From the human T2T-CHM13v2.0 reference genome, Homo sapiens, in assembly GCF_009914755.1 (NCBI RefSeq), contig NC_060946.1: 64,000 nucleotides of DNA; one strand, given 5' to 3'. The position numbers were made by a program, and so were the translations under genes. Shown here one piece after another: positions 46,874-61,166 of this stretch; position 1 is the stretch's first letter, and each line of letters begins with the position of its first letter. Under the pieces are notes generated by a model that was given only the letters and a program-made list of their open reading frames with translations, made no database searches and was not told the origin of the DNA.

Positions 46874-48929
46874 TAGCTTAGGAACATTTTCCTGAAAGAG
46901 TCCACATAAAATTCATTTTAATGCATGTGTTTATGCATAGCTTTCTATTTTTCTCTTTTCTATTTATATTCCAAATTAGAATATAATGCTAATCAAGCAT
47001 AGTGGCTGTGTTTCTTGCTTCCTGTAGTCTGCAGGTAGCATACAAATGTAATAAACTACTTATTCATGTCGCATCTATTTATTTTCTGCCTTATACCAAG
47101 CTCATGGGATTGTCTTAAATACAACATTTTTATACTTACACCTATGCAATACCCATTAGCATCGCCTTCCTAAATCAGGGGAAATTGAGTCTCTGTAAGG
47201 TGCGGTAACTTCCTAAGATACAAAACTCAGCATTAAAGTCTGTATACTTCAATATCTTGCCGTCTTCTCTTTTGTCTTTACTGCCTTTTATGTATGTGTT
47301 AGATGTTCAATAAATTCTCTTTTTTAAACTGAATTTAAGCCGTGGAGCAGTGTTTTGTTGAACAATAAATATGATATTGGACACTCTTCCTCCCTTTCAT
47401 TTATGATGCAGTTCATGAAGAAGAGAAATTCTTTCATTGTGCTAGAAGCTTAAAATAATGAAAATGCCACGTTCTACATTAATCAGAAACTGAAGGGAAT
47501 CAAGGTGAATTGGATGAGACATAGAAAACAAGTGGGAAATAAATCTAGTATAATTTCCCCTTTGTGTACCTTTGTTATTTAGCATTTGAGAAAATGTTCC
47601 CCCAAATATCTTCCCATCGTAATTCATGTCTATAAAGTAGACATTTATGTCTCACCTTGTCAAGAAGGGCAAACTCTAACATAAACATTTCCCAAAAATG
47701 CTTCCTGCTAAAACGTAAGCTCAGTCTGGCTAGAAATTAAGCTCTCTTCATAAAAATTAGTTGGCAGCTAATCTTTGCATGCTGTTCTCTGAACTTGAGT
47801 GAAAGCTGTCCATCAGGCATACAGGGAATGACGGAAAAGATGACAACAGAAGATGAATGCTATGTCACTAACCTTCAAAGATGACCTTCCTTTTCTTTCA
47901 AATTCTTGATATCTTAAGACTTCATTAATTCATCTTTCTTTGCCCTTGGTTCAACATTGTGCTATACCAAAACTCATGTAAAACAATGATCTATTGTAAT
48001 AAAAATGGCATTTTTCTTTCATGTAGATGCAAGCTATCTGGCATTTTTACAATCAATATCCTTCCGTTGTTAATTTTTCATTCTGTATTGAAAGTAATTG
48101 ATAGGTATTTCTGAAGGAATGAAGGTGTTTCTGTGTTCATTGTGATCCAAACTTTTTTAGACCTAGTGGTGTTTGTAAAACAATTTGTGCCAGCTGACCA
48201 AGGACCACTGTGGCAGAAAGCAGCAAACTTGCATAAGATGTCACTGCCTCATCAGTTGGCTTTGAAAACTAGGGGCTTACTCTATAGTCCTATGAATCAA
48301 AGACATTGGTAGATGTAGTATAAGATTACAATCATATTTTCCTTTTGACAGTCATAAGGCATGATGTATTGCAATTAATCTCAATTAGCTAATCACAATA
48401 AAATAATAATGTTTATTATTGATGATAAACAATCATGACTCTCCTGTTCTCAAATGTGCAAGTAATTCTTGTAAATTTAATACAAATTTGCATATTATTA
48501 CTAATTGATTTAATCTCATTGTATTTGGTTCATGGATCCAATTTATTAAAATATTGATAATGGGGTAATGATTTCTCTCCCCATTTCATTTACACTAAAA
48601 GACACAATTCGTACAATGGTCTGCAAGCCCATCATGATCTGCCACATGTTAACTGCCAAAATTCTTTTATGTCTTCACCCTTGATCTTACCAGTGGTCCT
48701 GGCCACCTCACTGTCCTCTGGACATGCCAACATGCTGCTGTCTTATGACCAAGACTCTAGTTAATTTCTTGGCTTGGAAAGATAGCCCTCTATATATCCA
48801 TTGATCAGCTCATTCAACTTCCTCAAGTCTTTACTGAAACCTCACACTCTCGATGAGACCTATTCAGTATTTCAAACTGCCTCCCAGCTGCAACACTCCA
48901 AAACCCCTTACTCTTCTGTGTAATTTTGA

Positions 48930-51300
48930 AAGGATTTATTGAGATATAATTTACATAGTGTAGAGTGCACATATTAATGTCTACAAGTCAATGGCTTTTA
49001 GTATATGCACAGATAAGTGGAGCCATCATCACAATGAATTTTAGAGGATTTTCATCACTTCAAAAAGAAACCTCACCTTCTCTAGCTGTTAACCTCCTAT
49101 GCACTCATCCCCTACTCAATCCTAAGCAACCACAAAACTGTTTTCTGTCTCTATAGATTTTCCTATTCTATTTTCATCTAATTAGAATCAAACAATAGGT
49201 GGCCTTTTGTGCCTGGCTTCTTTCAGTTGGCATAATGCTATCAAGGTTCATATGCGTATTGGTACTTTATTTCCTTTTATAACTGTGTAACATTCAATTT
49301 CATGGATATAACATTATGTTTATCCAATAATATTTTTATTGACATTTGAGTTGTGTTCAGCCTTTGGCTATTATAAATACTGCTGTTAAAAATACTTGCG
49401 TACAATTTGTGTTTGAACACCTCTTTCCAATAATCTGGGTGTATACCTGGGAATAAATTTCTGGGTAATTTGACAATTTTATGTTTAATATATTTAGAAG
49501 CCATCAAACTATTTTCCAAAGTGGCCAGTTCTAGCCATAGAGTATCTAACTGTGGTTTTGATTTGTAGTTGCCTGATGAGTGATGCTATTGAGTATCTTT
49601 TTATGGGATTATCGACCTTTCGTGTATCTTCTTGGGAAACACATCTATTCCTATCATTTATCAGTTTTGAGTTGGGATATTTGTTACTGAGTTAAAACAA
49701 TTTTTCTATATTCAAGATACATATATATACAGACATATAGATATGTGTTTTTCAAATATCTTCTCACAATTTTTGAGCTGCCTTTTGACTTGCTTGGTTG
49801 TCCTTTGAAACACCAATGTCTTTAATTTTTAAGAAATTTTAAATAACTAATTTTTATTTTGTTGCTCATGTTTTTGATGTTACAGCTATTTCTTTGCTAG
49901 ACCCAAAATCCTGAAGATTTTCCCATATGCTTTATTCTAGCTCTTGCATGTATATCTTTAATTCATTTGAGTTAATATTTTTGTATGCTTTGGGGTAAGG
50001 GTTCCAATTTATTATTTTGCAAGTGGCGATCCACGTGTACGTTGTTGACCCAGTTTGTTCAAAGAATGTCTCTTCGTCACTGAATTGCACATGGCACCAC
50101 TGTAAGAATCCATTGACTATAGATACATAGTTTTATATATGGACTCTCAATTCTCTTCCATCAATCTGTATATTTTTCCTTCATCAGCATTTTGTTGTCT
50201 TGATTACTGATGTTTTGCCGTAAGGTTTGGAGCACGGGGGTGTGAATTATCCTAATATGTTTTCTTTTTTCAAGACTATTTTGGCTATTTTAAGTCCCTT
50301 ACAAATCCATGTGTATTTTAGAATCAGCTTGTAAGTTTCTAGACAGAAGTCTGTTGGGATACTTGCAGGGATTAAGTCAAATCTGTAGTTCAACTTGTAA
50401 AGTACTACAATATTAAATCTTCCAATTCATGGCTGTAAGATATTTGCTAATTATTTAGATCTTCTTTAAACAATAAGTTTTAATTTTCAGAGTAAAATCT
50501 TGTATCACATTTTCCAAATTAATTATTATTTCTTTTTTTGATGCTATTGTAAATTGAAGTGTTTTCTTAATTTCATTTTAGGGTTTTCATTGTAGATGTG
50601 TGCAATTGATTTTTGTATATTTATCTTGTATGCTGTAATATTGCCGAAGTAATTTACTAGTTCTATCGTTCAGTGGATTCCTTAAAATTTTCTATATACA
50701 AGAATGTTATTTGCAAATAAAGTTTTATTTCCTCCTGTTCAATATCGGTGACTCATTTCTTTACTTGCCGATTTGCCCTGCATAAAATCTTCAGTACAGT
50801 GTTGACTAGAAGAGGTCAAAGTATGTATCCTATTCTTATCTCTGACCATAGCGGAAAAGTATCCTTTCTTTCACCACTAAGTTGAATGTTTGCTGTTGGC
50901 TTTTCACAGGTGCCATGTATCTGGTGTAGAAAGTTCTCTATTCCTGGCTTATTGAGTTTTTATTTTTATTTTTAATCATTAAAGCATTTGGATTTTGTTA
51001 AATGTCTTTTCCGAATCTATCGAGATGATCATGCAATTCTTGTTTCTTATTCTATGGATAAGATGTATTACCTTAATGGATTTTGGGCTGTTAAACCAAC
51101 CTGAGATTACTAGTATAAATTTCACTTTGTCATAGTGTATAATTCTTTTACATGTTGCTAGATCTGATTTGTTAGTGGTTTTTAAGGAATTTTGCATTTA
51201 TACTTATAGTAGTTTTATTTTTCTATGCTATTTGGACTAATTTTTGTATCAAGGTAACACTGGCCCCACAGAATAAATTGGGAAGTGAATATTTCTCTTT
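48930..51300 (-). mobile_element. Old L1M (L1MB-type) 3'UTR and ORF2 remnants
   Basis: ttattgagatataatttacata start; ORF 50979..51197 (IIHYDKVKFI...CMIISIDSEKTFNKIQ) is a degenerate RT motif. Confidence 0.8.
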
Positions 51301-51509
51301 TTAAAAAAAGTTAGTCAAGAATTAATGTCAATTAGTCAATACTAACAAATATGATTAATATTATAAATTATTAATTTCTCTAATTTCTATTTTCTTCCTT
51401 CTGCTTGCTTTAGGTTTAGTTTGCTATTCTTTCCAGTGCCTTAATGTGGAAGGTCATCTTATCTCTTCCTTTCCTTTGTCTTTTCATTTTCGAAATAGTG
51501 TCTGTTTAG

Positions 51510-51880
51510 CATCAGGTGAGCTCCCCAGGTCGGTAGTACTCCATGTTTATTGCTGTACAACAATGGCAGGTAATATGTCCTGAAGACAATGGAAAGTTAA
51601 CATTCAAAATCTCCTAGATTCCACCTTATGTGACACGTCTCTTCCTTTGATTGGTCCTAATTTCTACCCTTCCTCTATTATAAACCATGAGTACGATGGC
51701 ATTCAATGAGTTCTGTGAGTCTTTCTAGTAAATTCTTGAAACTGAGGGTGTTCTGGGGAAACCCCTGATCTGGCAGTTGGTGTCAAAAGTGCGAATCGTC
51801 TTATATGGCCTCTTCCTTTGAACTTTGCAGCTGGACCCAAACTCTGCACAATTTGGGCCAGAAGTCTCGTGTTGACTTTG
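51510..51880 (+). mobile_element. MER21-like LTR fragment
   Basis: gagttctgtgagtctttctagtaaattcttgaaactgagggtgttctggggaaacccctga...ttggtgtcaaaagtg. Confidence 0.6.
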
Positions 51881-52412
51881 CAGCCTAAATTATTTTGTAG
51901 TTTGTCTAATCCTCAATAAATTTGCTTTCATCAAATATTGTATTTGTTACCCCAAAATTACCATCAAGTATTTTTCTGCAAATAACTAACATTAGGAGAA
52001 ATAGCCAGCTGAATCTGTAACTCAACAGAAACAAGTGATCCATATACCATATAAGTGGCCATTTCATTTTGCCTTCTTCCACCAAATCTTAGCAACCTCA
52101 ACCATTGCCATGAGCCACTGTAGGCCTACCATCTACAAACCAACAAGTATCTTTTAAAAACACTTCATACTCCCATTTGATAAATTTCCCAGCAAAGAGA
52201 TGCTTATTTTAACTCTATGCAAGTGGCTCATATTCGCAAATTCTGCAGATATTATTCATGTAGTGTGAGAAAATCCTCCCAGCGATGCCAGCACATTCTC
52301 CTTCCCATGATCTGCTTAGTTTGCAAACATATTCAGGCCATGGGTGAGAGATTTGTATTTCACAGTACAACAATTATATGGAGGACATTGAAACTTAGAT
52401 TGAGCATTTTAG

Positions 52413-52755
52413 ACAGTCACACATCACTGAATGATAGGGATACGTTCTAACAGATGCATCCATAGGCAATTTCATCATTTTGCAAACATCACAGAGAATA
52501 TTACAAACACCTAGATTGTACAGCCTACCATATCTAGGTTATATGGTAGAGCCTCTCTCTCCTAGGCTACAAACCTGTGTATTACATTACTGTACTGAAT
52601 ACTGCAGGCAATAAGAACACAGTGGTAAGAGGTTATGTATCTAAACATACTTAAACATAGAAAAGTATGAAAAAATGTGTATTATAATCTCATGGGAACA
52701 CTTTTTTATATGCAATCCATCTTTGACTGAAATGTTATTATGCATGACATGACTC
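52413..52755. mobile_element. Tigger3/MER7A (Golem)-like non-autonomous DNA transposon
   Basis: cagtcacacatcactgaatgatagggatacgttct...cctaggctacaaacctgt...gttattatgcatgacatgact; TIR-like ends. Confidence 0.78.
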
Positions 52756-55700
52756 TATGACAAAAATAAAATAATACATTTTAAAAAATGTACACATGTA
52801 TCAAACATATTATAAAACTAAAAATATTCAGTGTAAGAATTTGTAATGATCACAAAATGTTCACAGCTTATATTTAAGTACAGTTTCAAATGCCTAGTGC
52901 AATTACTATTTATTTATTTGTGTATTTTAAACATATATATAATAAATATTTTTCAGGTTCAACAATATATATCAATCCTACAGGCTCTTATAAATATTAG
53001 TTAAAATCAATTGGTAAATTCATGTATATATACGCATACCGGTATCAGTGAGCGTGTGTGCATGTATGTTTGTGTAAACGTAATTTTATGTGTGTGTAAA
53101 TGTAATTGGATGCATCCTTATATTTACCCTTACCTATAAGATTTCCAAGATTCATTTATTATCTTTAGATGATGGGCATTTAAAGATTTACCAAATACAA
53201 CTGTAATAGTGGAAAATATCAAGATGTTATTAAATTCATCTTGTGCACACAATTGTTTCTATAAATTTATGTTTCTTGCAAAACTTGCAGTAATGCTCAT
53301 GCACAAAATAATTTTCTAAATAAAAAATAAAAACGTTTTCTCAGTCATTAATTCTTAAAATTATTTCTCCCCAATAATTAATGTGAATTAATTCTTAATT
53401 CTTAATTATAGAATAATGTTGCCCTTCAGAGTTCGGAAACTTTTACATGTTGTACACATTTCACTAACCAGAACAACTTCTGAAATATTGGCATTAATTA
53501 ATGTCACTCAGCAATTATTGATTTCAAAGGCATTAAATACCATTCATATTCTGAATCACAAGGGTACTTTGGCATCTTATTTAATCAAGCTCTTTGTATC
53601 ATCATCTACACTTTAATTACTTAACAAACATTTCTTTGTGTGAGAAAGATTGAGCAGGTTATTGTGCTTTTTTAAGATGCAACTTTTGCTTAATCTAGAG
53701 ATAGGCAATGCTCCCTATAAGGGACAAAGAGAAAAATAAATGAGCAATAGAGATGTGACAGGCATGGAAAAAGACACTACATTTATCAAACAAATAGGGC
53801 CACGGATGATGATAATGGGGGTCAAACCTTGAGATACTGACTCAGTTTACAACCGCACTGTATAATAGAGCAAATCATTTGTTAATTTTTTTACAAATGG
53901 AATTTAATTTAATTAAGATGAATACAGTGTTTTAAACAAGGTTGGTCATCTTAAAATAAAATAGCGGAATTAAGTGATAAAACCAATGTAAAAATCATAA
54001 ACATTTTATAAAGAATTTTTGTCATGTAATTTAATATTTTTCTTTATTTAAAATCACCCAAATCAAAATAATTTTATCTTAATTAAGAAATAATCATCAG
54101 AAGTTTAATTTTTACTTTATAATACTAGGTTTAAAAATTCTTAACTATATTTTTAATCACATATGCTTATATATAAAATAGTCATAGGATCTATACATAC
54201 ATGTTCACAATATTATATTGTAATTGTTCCTATGGATGTGGTTTTTCAATAGAATTAATAAGTACTTTTAAAAAGTTTCAATTTCAATGATATATATGTT
54301 TGATTTTTCTTTGACAAAGCATACATATATTGATAGGTAATAATATGAAAATCTTCTAAAGGCATTACAGGAACATGAAAATGTAATTAAATACTCACTA
54401 ATTTGTAATGTTTTATGTAAGTGGAACACATTTAACTGAAAATTGCTTTTATGTAATACTCAAACGAGATTAAAAACTTTTTAACCAGCAGAGTAAGTCT
54501 TCAAATTGATAATCTGAACTATATAAGAGGAGAAAATTCAGGCACTCAAATATTTGAAATGCTACAAAATATTTATATAAACTATTATTTCACAATTTCT
54601 GTTTGTAGAGTGCTACACAGTAATCAATATAAATGACATCTCAAGTCTTTCTATAGCTTTGACCACATTTACCTCCTAATTTCAATTGTTACTATGTTGG
54701 AGCAGTGCATACAACTAGATTCCGATCTTCCTTTTTAATGAGTAAAAATATGTCCTTTGAGACAGTATTAAAGAAAGAGCACCTTGTATAAATTCAATGC
54801 CAAGAGACAAGATATTCTTGATTCTGAAGTCTTGTTCTTTGATACAGCAATGTAATTAATAATAAGAAGAAAAGCAGGACATAGATGTGGAGTCTATTTT
54901 AATCAAAAATTGTCTATAGATTTTGATGATAAAATTTAAAAATCTACTATATTTAGTTAGTTAGAAAAAACTAGGTTGTGGGAACATATTTGGTCAATAA
55001 AACACGCCTACCAAATGCTGACAAGAAAAAAGTTAGGTACCACCTTTCTTCTCTGCAGACGGCCTGAGATGGGTTAATTTGAAAGAATGCTTCCAAACCT
55101 GAGGTGACCCCTGAGAACAGCATAATCCACTGCTGTCTCCTACATTCAGTTTCTCAGTCTGTGCTCTTTTAATTTTGTGGGGAGGGAAGCTAGTCCTTTA
55201 AAGCGATCTTCAGCATGATGGCAGAGCCAAGGAGTGTGGACAGGTTGCACGGTGTCTGACTTTGTTCCAGCAGCCACTTGGGCTTTCTCTGGGTCTTCTC
55301 TGCCCTAGGGATAGCACCACTATTGAAAACATATCTTTGTGATATTCTCCATGCCAGGAAATCCCAACACATTTTCCTTGAAACTGATGAAATGAATAAA
55401 AATAAACCAAGAGGTGTGCTGTTTGTTTCTGCTTCCTCCTTTCTGCAGCCCTTCTTGATCATCTAATATTTTTAAATACATTGTCGATCACCAAAAGGAG
55501 CATAAGGGGTATATTGATTTGTAGCAGATATATTAATAGCCCAGCCCCTATTCCTTACCTGTAGCTGCTGGGAAGAAAACCATTCTTAACACTCTACAAG
55601 GTCTCATCTCCAGAATTTGCAGCTGTTTCTAGCTGAGGACTTTCTCTAGCAGCATGGGAGGTTGATACTGGGCATGAAGTGGGAAGAAAAGGTGAGGGTA

Positions 55701-57599
55701 ACTAAGAAGAATCTCCCTGGATTCAGTGATGTAATTCTGAGGCACGCTCCACATAGCTTCCCAGAGAATTAAGCCCAGATATCTAACACAGGAACTTGCC
55801 TCTTGGTATTGGCTTTTCTATCTTTCCTGTTTTATTTTGTTCTCTCTTCCTTGTCTCACTTTCGCTGTGTCCTCACTCCTGCTTTAAGAATACCCAAACA
55901 AATACATTCATTTATTTTTTTTAGACTCTCAGAACACAGTTGATAGTTGAACTTGTAATCTATGATAATCAGCTTGGATGCTATACTGACAGGAAGATGG
56001 TGAACTCACAATGTCTAATTAAGATAAAATTTAAAAATATAATGATTCATGTCCAAAGATTTAAAAAACCTAAGCGGCAGTGTCACAATTTCTTCTTTTT
56101 AGTTTACATGGTTTCTTAAATGCCTACAATTATTTTAAAGGAAGACTTTAGTCTAGGAAAAATTGAGACATATGGAATAAATTACTAACCCATTTCTGCT
56201 TGAAATCCATGAGAAGCTTGATGATTTTTCACATATATTTCTGAATTGAAAAGCTAGTTGTGAATTATTTTTATAAGCATATCCTTATGTAATATTTTGT
56301 TTTTAACAGTGAATTGAAGGTTTAAAGATTAAATTATTCTATCCAGAGAATAAAAAGCAATTATTTCACAAGTAGAACATGTGTGTGTTGACAAGACATT
56401 TTAAAATCTAGATTTTAAAATAGGTCCCATATAGTTTTGAGTCAATTAGAATATGTGTGTATCAGTCTGTCTACAGTTTTACACCTGTCAAAATGTACTT
56501 GAACTACAACAAGTACCTTGAACAATTTTGAAATTTATGATTCCTCTGAAACTGATTAAAAGAATTATGGTAGAGTGAAATTCTGATTGACATAATTTGG
56601 GAGAGAAATTATTCCTTGGACATCAACCTCTGCCAAGATAGTTTATAATGACATTGAGACTTTTTCATTTACAAAATTTGTTATATAAAAAATACTAAGA
56701 TGATGGCAGATAATACACAGAATTTAATTAAAATTGTACTACAATTAAATGTCTAAATAAATTAGAAGGATACATGGTACATCTAATTGTATGTTTATAT
56801 ATTTTATTTGTGCATTTTTTCCTAGGGTTGCTTTTGCTTTAGTTTGTAAAACGTTCTTATTTTTATGATAATGTAGCATATACTAAATAAAGAAAAATCA
56901 GGAAATAGAAAATGAAGAAGAAAACATTAGCTATTGTCAACCAAATAAAAATTGTGCAATCTCTAAGCACATGAAGTATGTATTATTTGTACAGCATGTA
57001 GAACGTTTATGCTTCACAGCGTGAGGTAGAGACTGCAAAACCTTGAACTTGGGATAAATAAGAAAGTAAGGAAATTTTCACAACATATTAATATTATAGA
57101 AAATGTTGAACTTAACAGTTAAGGTACAAGTAGTGAAAAATGATAGTATTTAAGGAGATCTAGAAAATTTAATATATACCTGTAATGTGTGAGAAGTATT
57201 AGAATAATGCTTGTATTTCTGGATTGGCATCGATTTCTATTGAGACTGGAAACATAATAGAAGTGAGGGAAAAATAATTTAAATTGTGGATACTTGAGTT
57301 TTATACCTAGGAGTTCGAGAAATACATTTTGTTACTATCAAAGCAGTTGGCACAAGAGTGTACAAAATTCCCTAATTGTGTCTATGTGGAGAAGACATAG
57401 ACAAACAGAGAATAGCAAAACAGAAATGGCAAAAAACACAAATAAATTTTACCTATATTTTTAAGTAAAAGCCAATTAGAGAAGGAAAACATGAAATTTG
57501 TGTTTTATCAAAATTTTTCTCTTTCTCATAATGTAGTTGAATATATTACTGGAAAAAAATGAAGCACTGGTATATTCACAAAAAAAAGTAAAATATAAG

Positions 57600-59100
57600 G
57601 TCAAAACCATGGGAATGCAGGGAGCAGACAAAATATAACTAAACACCGAAACTGACATTGCCCTACGGAAGTGTACCAAAATGAATGAGTGCAGATTCCT
57701 ACTGTCATACATCACATAGGACAGTAAAGAAATACATAGTTTTCCCCAAGATAGGGCATCACACAGGAGCTCCTACCTAAAGCTAGGACCAAAATTTCTA
57801 TCCTCAGTATAAAGAAGAATCAGAGGTAAATTAGTCCCATTTCACATTCCCTGGAAATGGCGAAAAAAATGACTTGAGATTGGACAGATTTAAAGAAACT
57901 CAATCACTAATGATTTACAGCAAGTAATTTAAAAATTGTTTAAATGTGCAGCCGAAACATACGTCCAAACACCTTTAGGCCAAGAATTAACATAATGTGG
58001 TCCCAGAATGGTGGTGCCTTTAGTAGAATCACAAAAAAATTCAAATTCTCTTTGGCAAATTTTCTACTTACTAATCCGCAAAAGTGCACAAAAATAATTT
58101 TCAGAGAAAAATAAATATTTGTCATTCAAAGACATCTAAGTATGCAAGGAAATGATATTCCACCATTTGAAAGAAAAGCAGAAAAGGAGTACAAACAGAT
58201 CCACAAAGGTTCCTTAGTAGAAATATCACTGTTAGATTATAAAGCACATTTGCTTGCAAATTTTTTTTAAAAAAATGAATATATTGTTAGGAGACTAAAA
58301 AATTGATGTAGCAAATTTGAAAAGAAGTTTGTATAAAAATATAGTTATTTTAAATTAAAAACTCAAAAATGAACTCATCAGATTAGACATGGCTCTGGTG
58401 AGAGTTCATAAATATTTCAGTAAGCATTACAGAAAATTTAAAAAAATGTAAAATGTGGACAGAATCATGAAGAGACATGGAAGATACAGTGAGAAAGTGT
58501 AGCATGTGTTTAGTGAGTGTTCTCATAGAAGAAGGGAACTGGGAAGGGACAATATGTGATGGTATTTTCGCTGAAAGTTCTCTAGACTTTTGTAAGACAC
58601 TAATCTGCATATTCAAAAATTCCATGCATGCTAAGCAAGCTACAATGGAGATAAACCTACACCTATGTATCTCCTAGAGAAATAGTAAACAACCAGGAAG
58701 GGAAAAATATTTCAATTAGCACTAGAAAAATGAAATTACTTTTAGTTATATTGAAATCTGAAAAAATGAAAGGTAAAATAAACAATATTATTTGTTAAGA
58801 ATAATAATGCCATTCTGAAATTCTCAACCAAGAAAAATATTCATCAACCTATGGCTAAATAACATATTTAGAGACAAAAAAAAAAACGCCACCAGCAGAA
58901 TTCCACTAAAGAAACTAAAGAGAAACTCTGAAAATATTCTTCAGAAATGTTGAAGTTCTGAAATCAAAGAATGAACACAGAGCAAAATATATTGTAAACA
59001 TACAGATAGATCTTAATAAAAAATTAGGTGTTGAAACAAAAATATATTTAAAATTAGATAATCACTGCAATATGTATGTTAGGAAGAAAATTATTAGGGC
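57600..59100 (+). mobile_element. Highly decayed L1M ORF1-region remnants
   Basis: A-rich L1-like composition (...agacatggaagatacagtgagaaag...accagcagaattccactaaagaaa...). Weak; boundaries approximate. Confidence 0.4.
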
Positions 59101-59177
59101 TGAAGTATTCAAAGAACCCTTAATTGTCTGACAAGAGCAGAAAAGTGAGTATGACTTTGCAACTCTTTTTCTTTTTC

Positions 59178-59456
59178 GAATGGAATGGAATGGAAGGGAA
59201 TTGAATGGAATTGAATTGAATGGAATCAAATGGAGTGGAATGGAATGGAATGGAATGGGAGCTGAGATTGTGCCATTGCGCTGCAGGCTGGGTGACAGAG
59301 TGAGACACTCTCAAAAGAAAGGAATGGAATGGAAAGTAGTGGAATAGAATGGAATGGAATGGAATGGAATGGAGTGGAGTGGAGAGGAGAGGAGTGGAAT
59401 GGAGTGGAATGGAATCGGATGTAATAGAATATAGTGGAATGGAATGGAATGGAATG
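59178..59456 (+). repeat. Satellite III-like (GGAAT)n with embedded Alu 3' fragment (59259-59320)
   Basis: ggaat/ggagt pentamers flanking gagctgagattgtgccattgcgctgcaggctgggtgacagagtgagacactctcaaaagaaa. Confidence 0.9.
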
Positions 59457-61166
59457 GAATCATCATCGAATGGACTCGAATGGAATTATCATCGAAAGGA
59501 ATCATCATCAAATGGAATCGAATGGAATCATCATTGAATGGACTCGAATGGAATCATCATTGAATGGAGTTGAATGGAATAATTGAATGGAATCGAATGG
59601 AATCATCATCGAATGGAATCAAATGGAATCCTCGAATGGAATCAAATGGAATCATCGAATGGAATTGAATGGAATCATCCTCGAATGGAATCGAATGGAA
59701 TCATCATCGAATGCACTCGAATGGAATCATCATCAAATGTACTCAAATGAAATCATCATCGAATAGAATCGAATGGAATCATCATCGAATGGAATCATCA
59801 TCGAATGGAATCGAATGGAATCATCATTAAATGGAATTGAATGGAATCATCGAATGGAATCGAATGGAATCATTGAACGAAATCGAATGGAATCAACATC
59901 GAATGGAATTGAATGGAATCATCCAATGGAATCCAATGGAATAATCATTGAATGGAATCATCGAATGGAATCAAATGTAATCATCAAATGGAATCGAATG
60001 GTGTCATCATCGAATGGAATCATCCAATGGAATCAAATGGAATAATCGAATGGAATCGAATGGAATCATCATCGAATGGAATCAAATGGAATCATGGAAG
60101 GGAATCAAATGGAATCATCATTATATGGAATCGAATGGAATCATCATTACATGGAATCGAATGGAATCATCATCGAATGTTATCGAAAGGAAACATCGAA
60201 TGGAATCGAATGGAAAAAATCGAATTGAATCAAATGGAACCATCATCTAATGGAATTAAATAGAATCATTGAATGGAATCATCATCGAATGAAATTGAAA
60301 AGAATCATCGAATGGAATCGAATGCAATCATCATCGAATGGAATCGAATGGAATCATCATCGAGTGGAATTGAACGGAATCATCGAAAGGAATTGAATGG
60401 AATAATCATTGAATGGAATTGAATGAAATCTTAGAATGGAATCGAATGGAATCATCGAATGGAATCAAATGGAATCATCATCGAATGGAATCGAATGGAA
60501 TCATGGAATGGAATCAAATAGAATCATCATCGCATGGCATCAAATGGAATCATCGCATGGAATCGAACGGAAAAATCATCGAATGGAATCAAATTGAATC
60601 ATCGAATGGAATCGAATGGAATCATTGAATGGAATCGAATGGAATCATCGAATGGAATCAAATGGAATCATCATCTATGGAATCGAATGCAATCATCGAA
60701 TGGAATCATCATTGAATGGAATTGAATGCAATCATCATCAAATGGAATCGAATGGAATCATCATCGAATGGAATTGAACGGAATCATCGAAAGGAATTGA
60801 ATGGAATAATCATTGAATGGAATTGAATGAAATCTTAGAATGGAATCGAATGGAATCATCGAATGGAATCAAATGGAATCATCATCGAATGGAATCGAAT
60901 GGAATCATGGAATGGAATCAAATAGAATCATCATCGCATTGCATCAAATGGAATCATCGCATGGAATCGAACGGAAAAATCATCGAATGGAATCAAATTG
61001 AATCATCGAATGGAATCGAATGGAATCATCGAATGGAATTGAATGGAATCATCATCGAATGGAATTGAATGCAATCATCATCGAATGGAATAGAACGGAA
61101 TCATTGAATGGACTCGAATGGAATCATCATCAAATGGAATCGAGTGGAATCATCGAATGGACTCGA
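59457..61166 (+). repeat. Satellite II (HSat2)-type array, GAATGGAATC(ATC)ATC-GAATGGAATC units
   Basis: Repeated gaatggaatcatcatcgaatggaatcgaatgg with frequent TCGA; source of the MESNGIIEWNR ORFs. Confidence 0.95.

Noticed and set aside
59311-61068. MESNGIIEWNR-type ORFs
   Set aside because: Satellite II/III translations.
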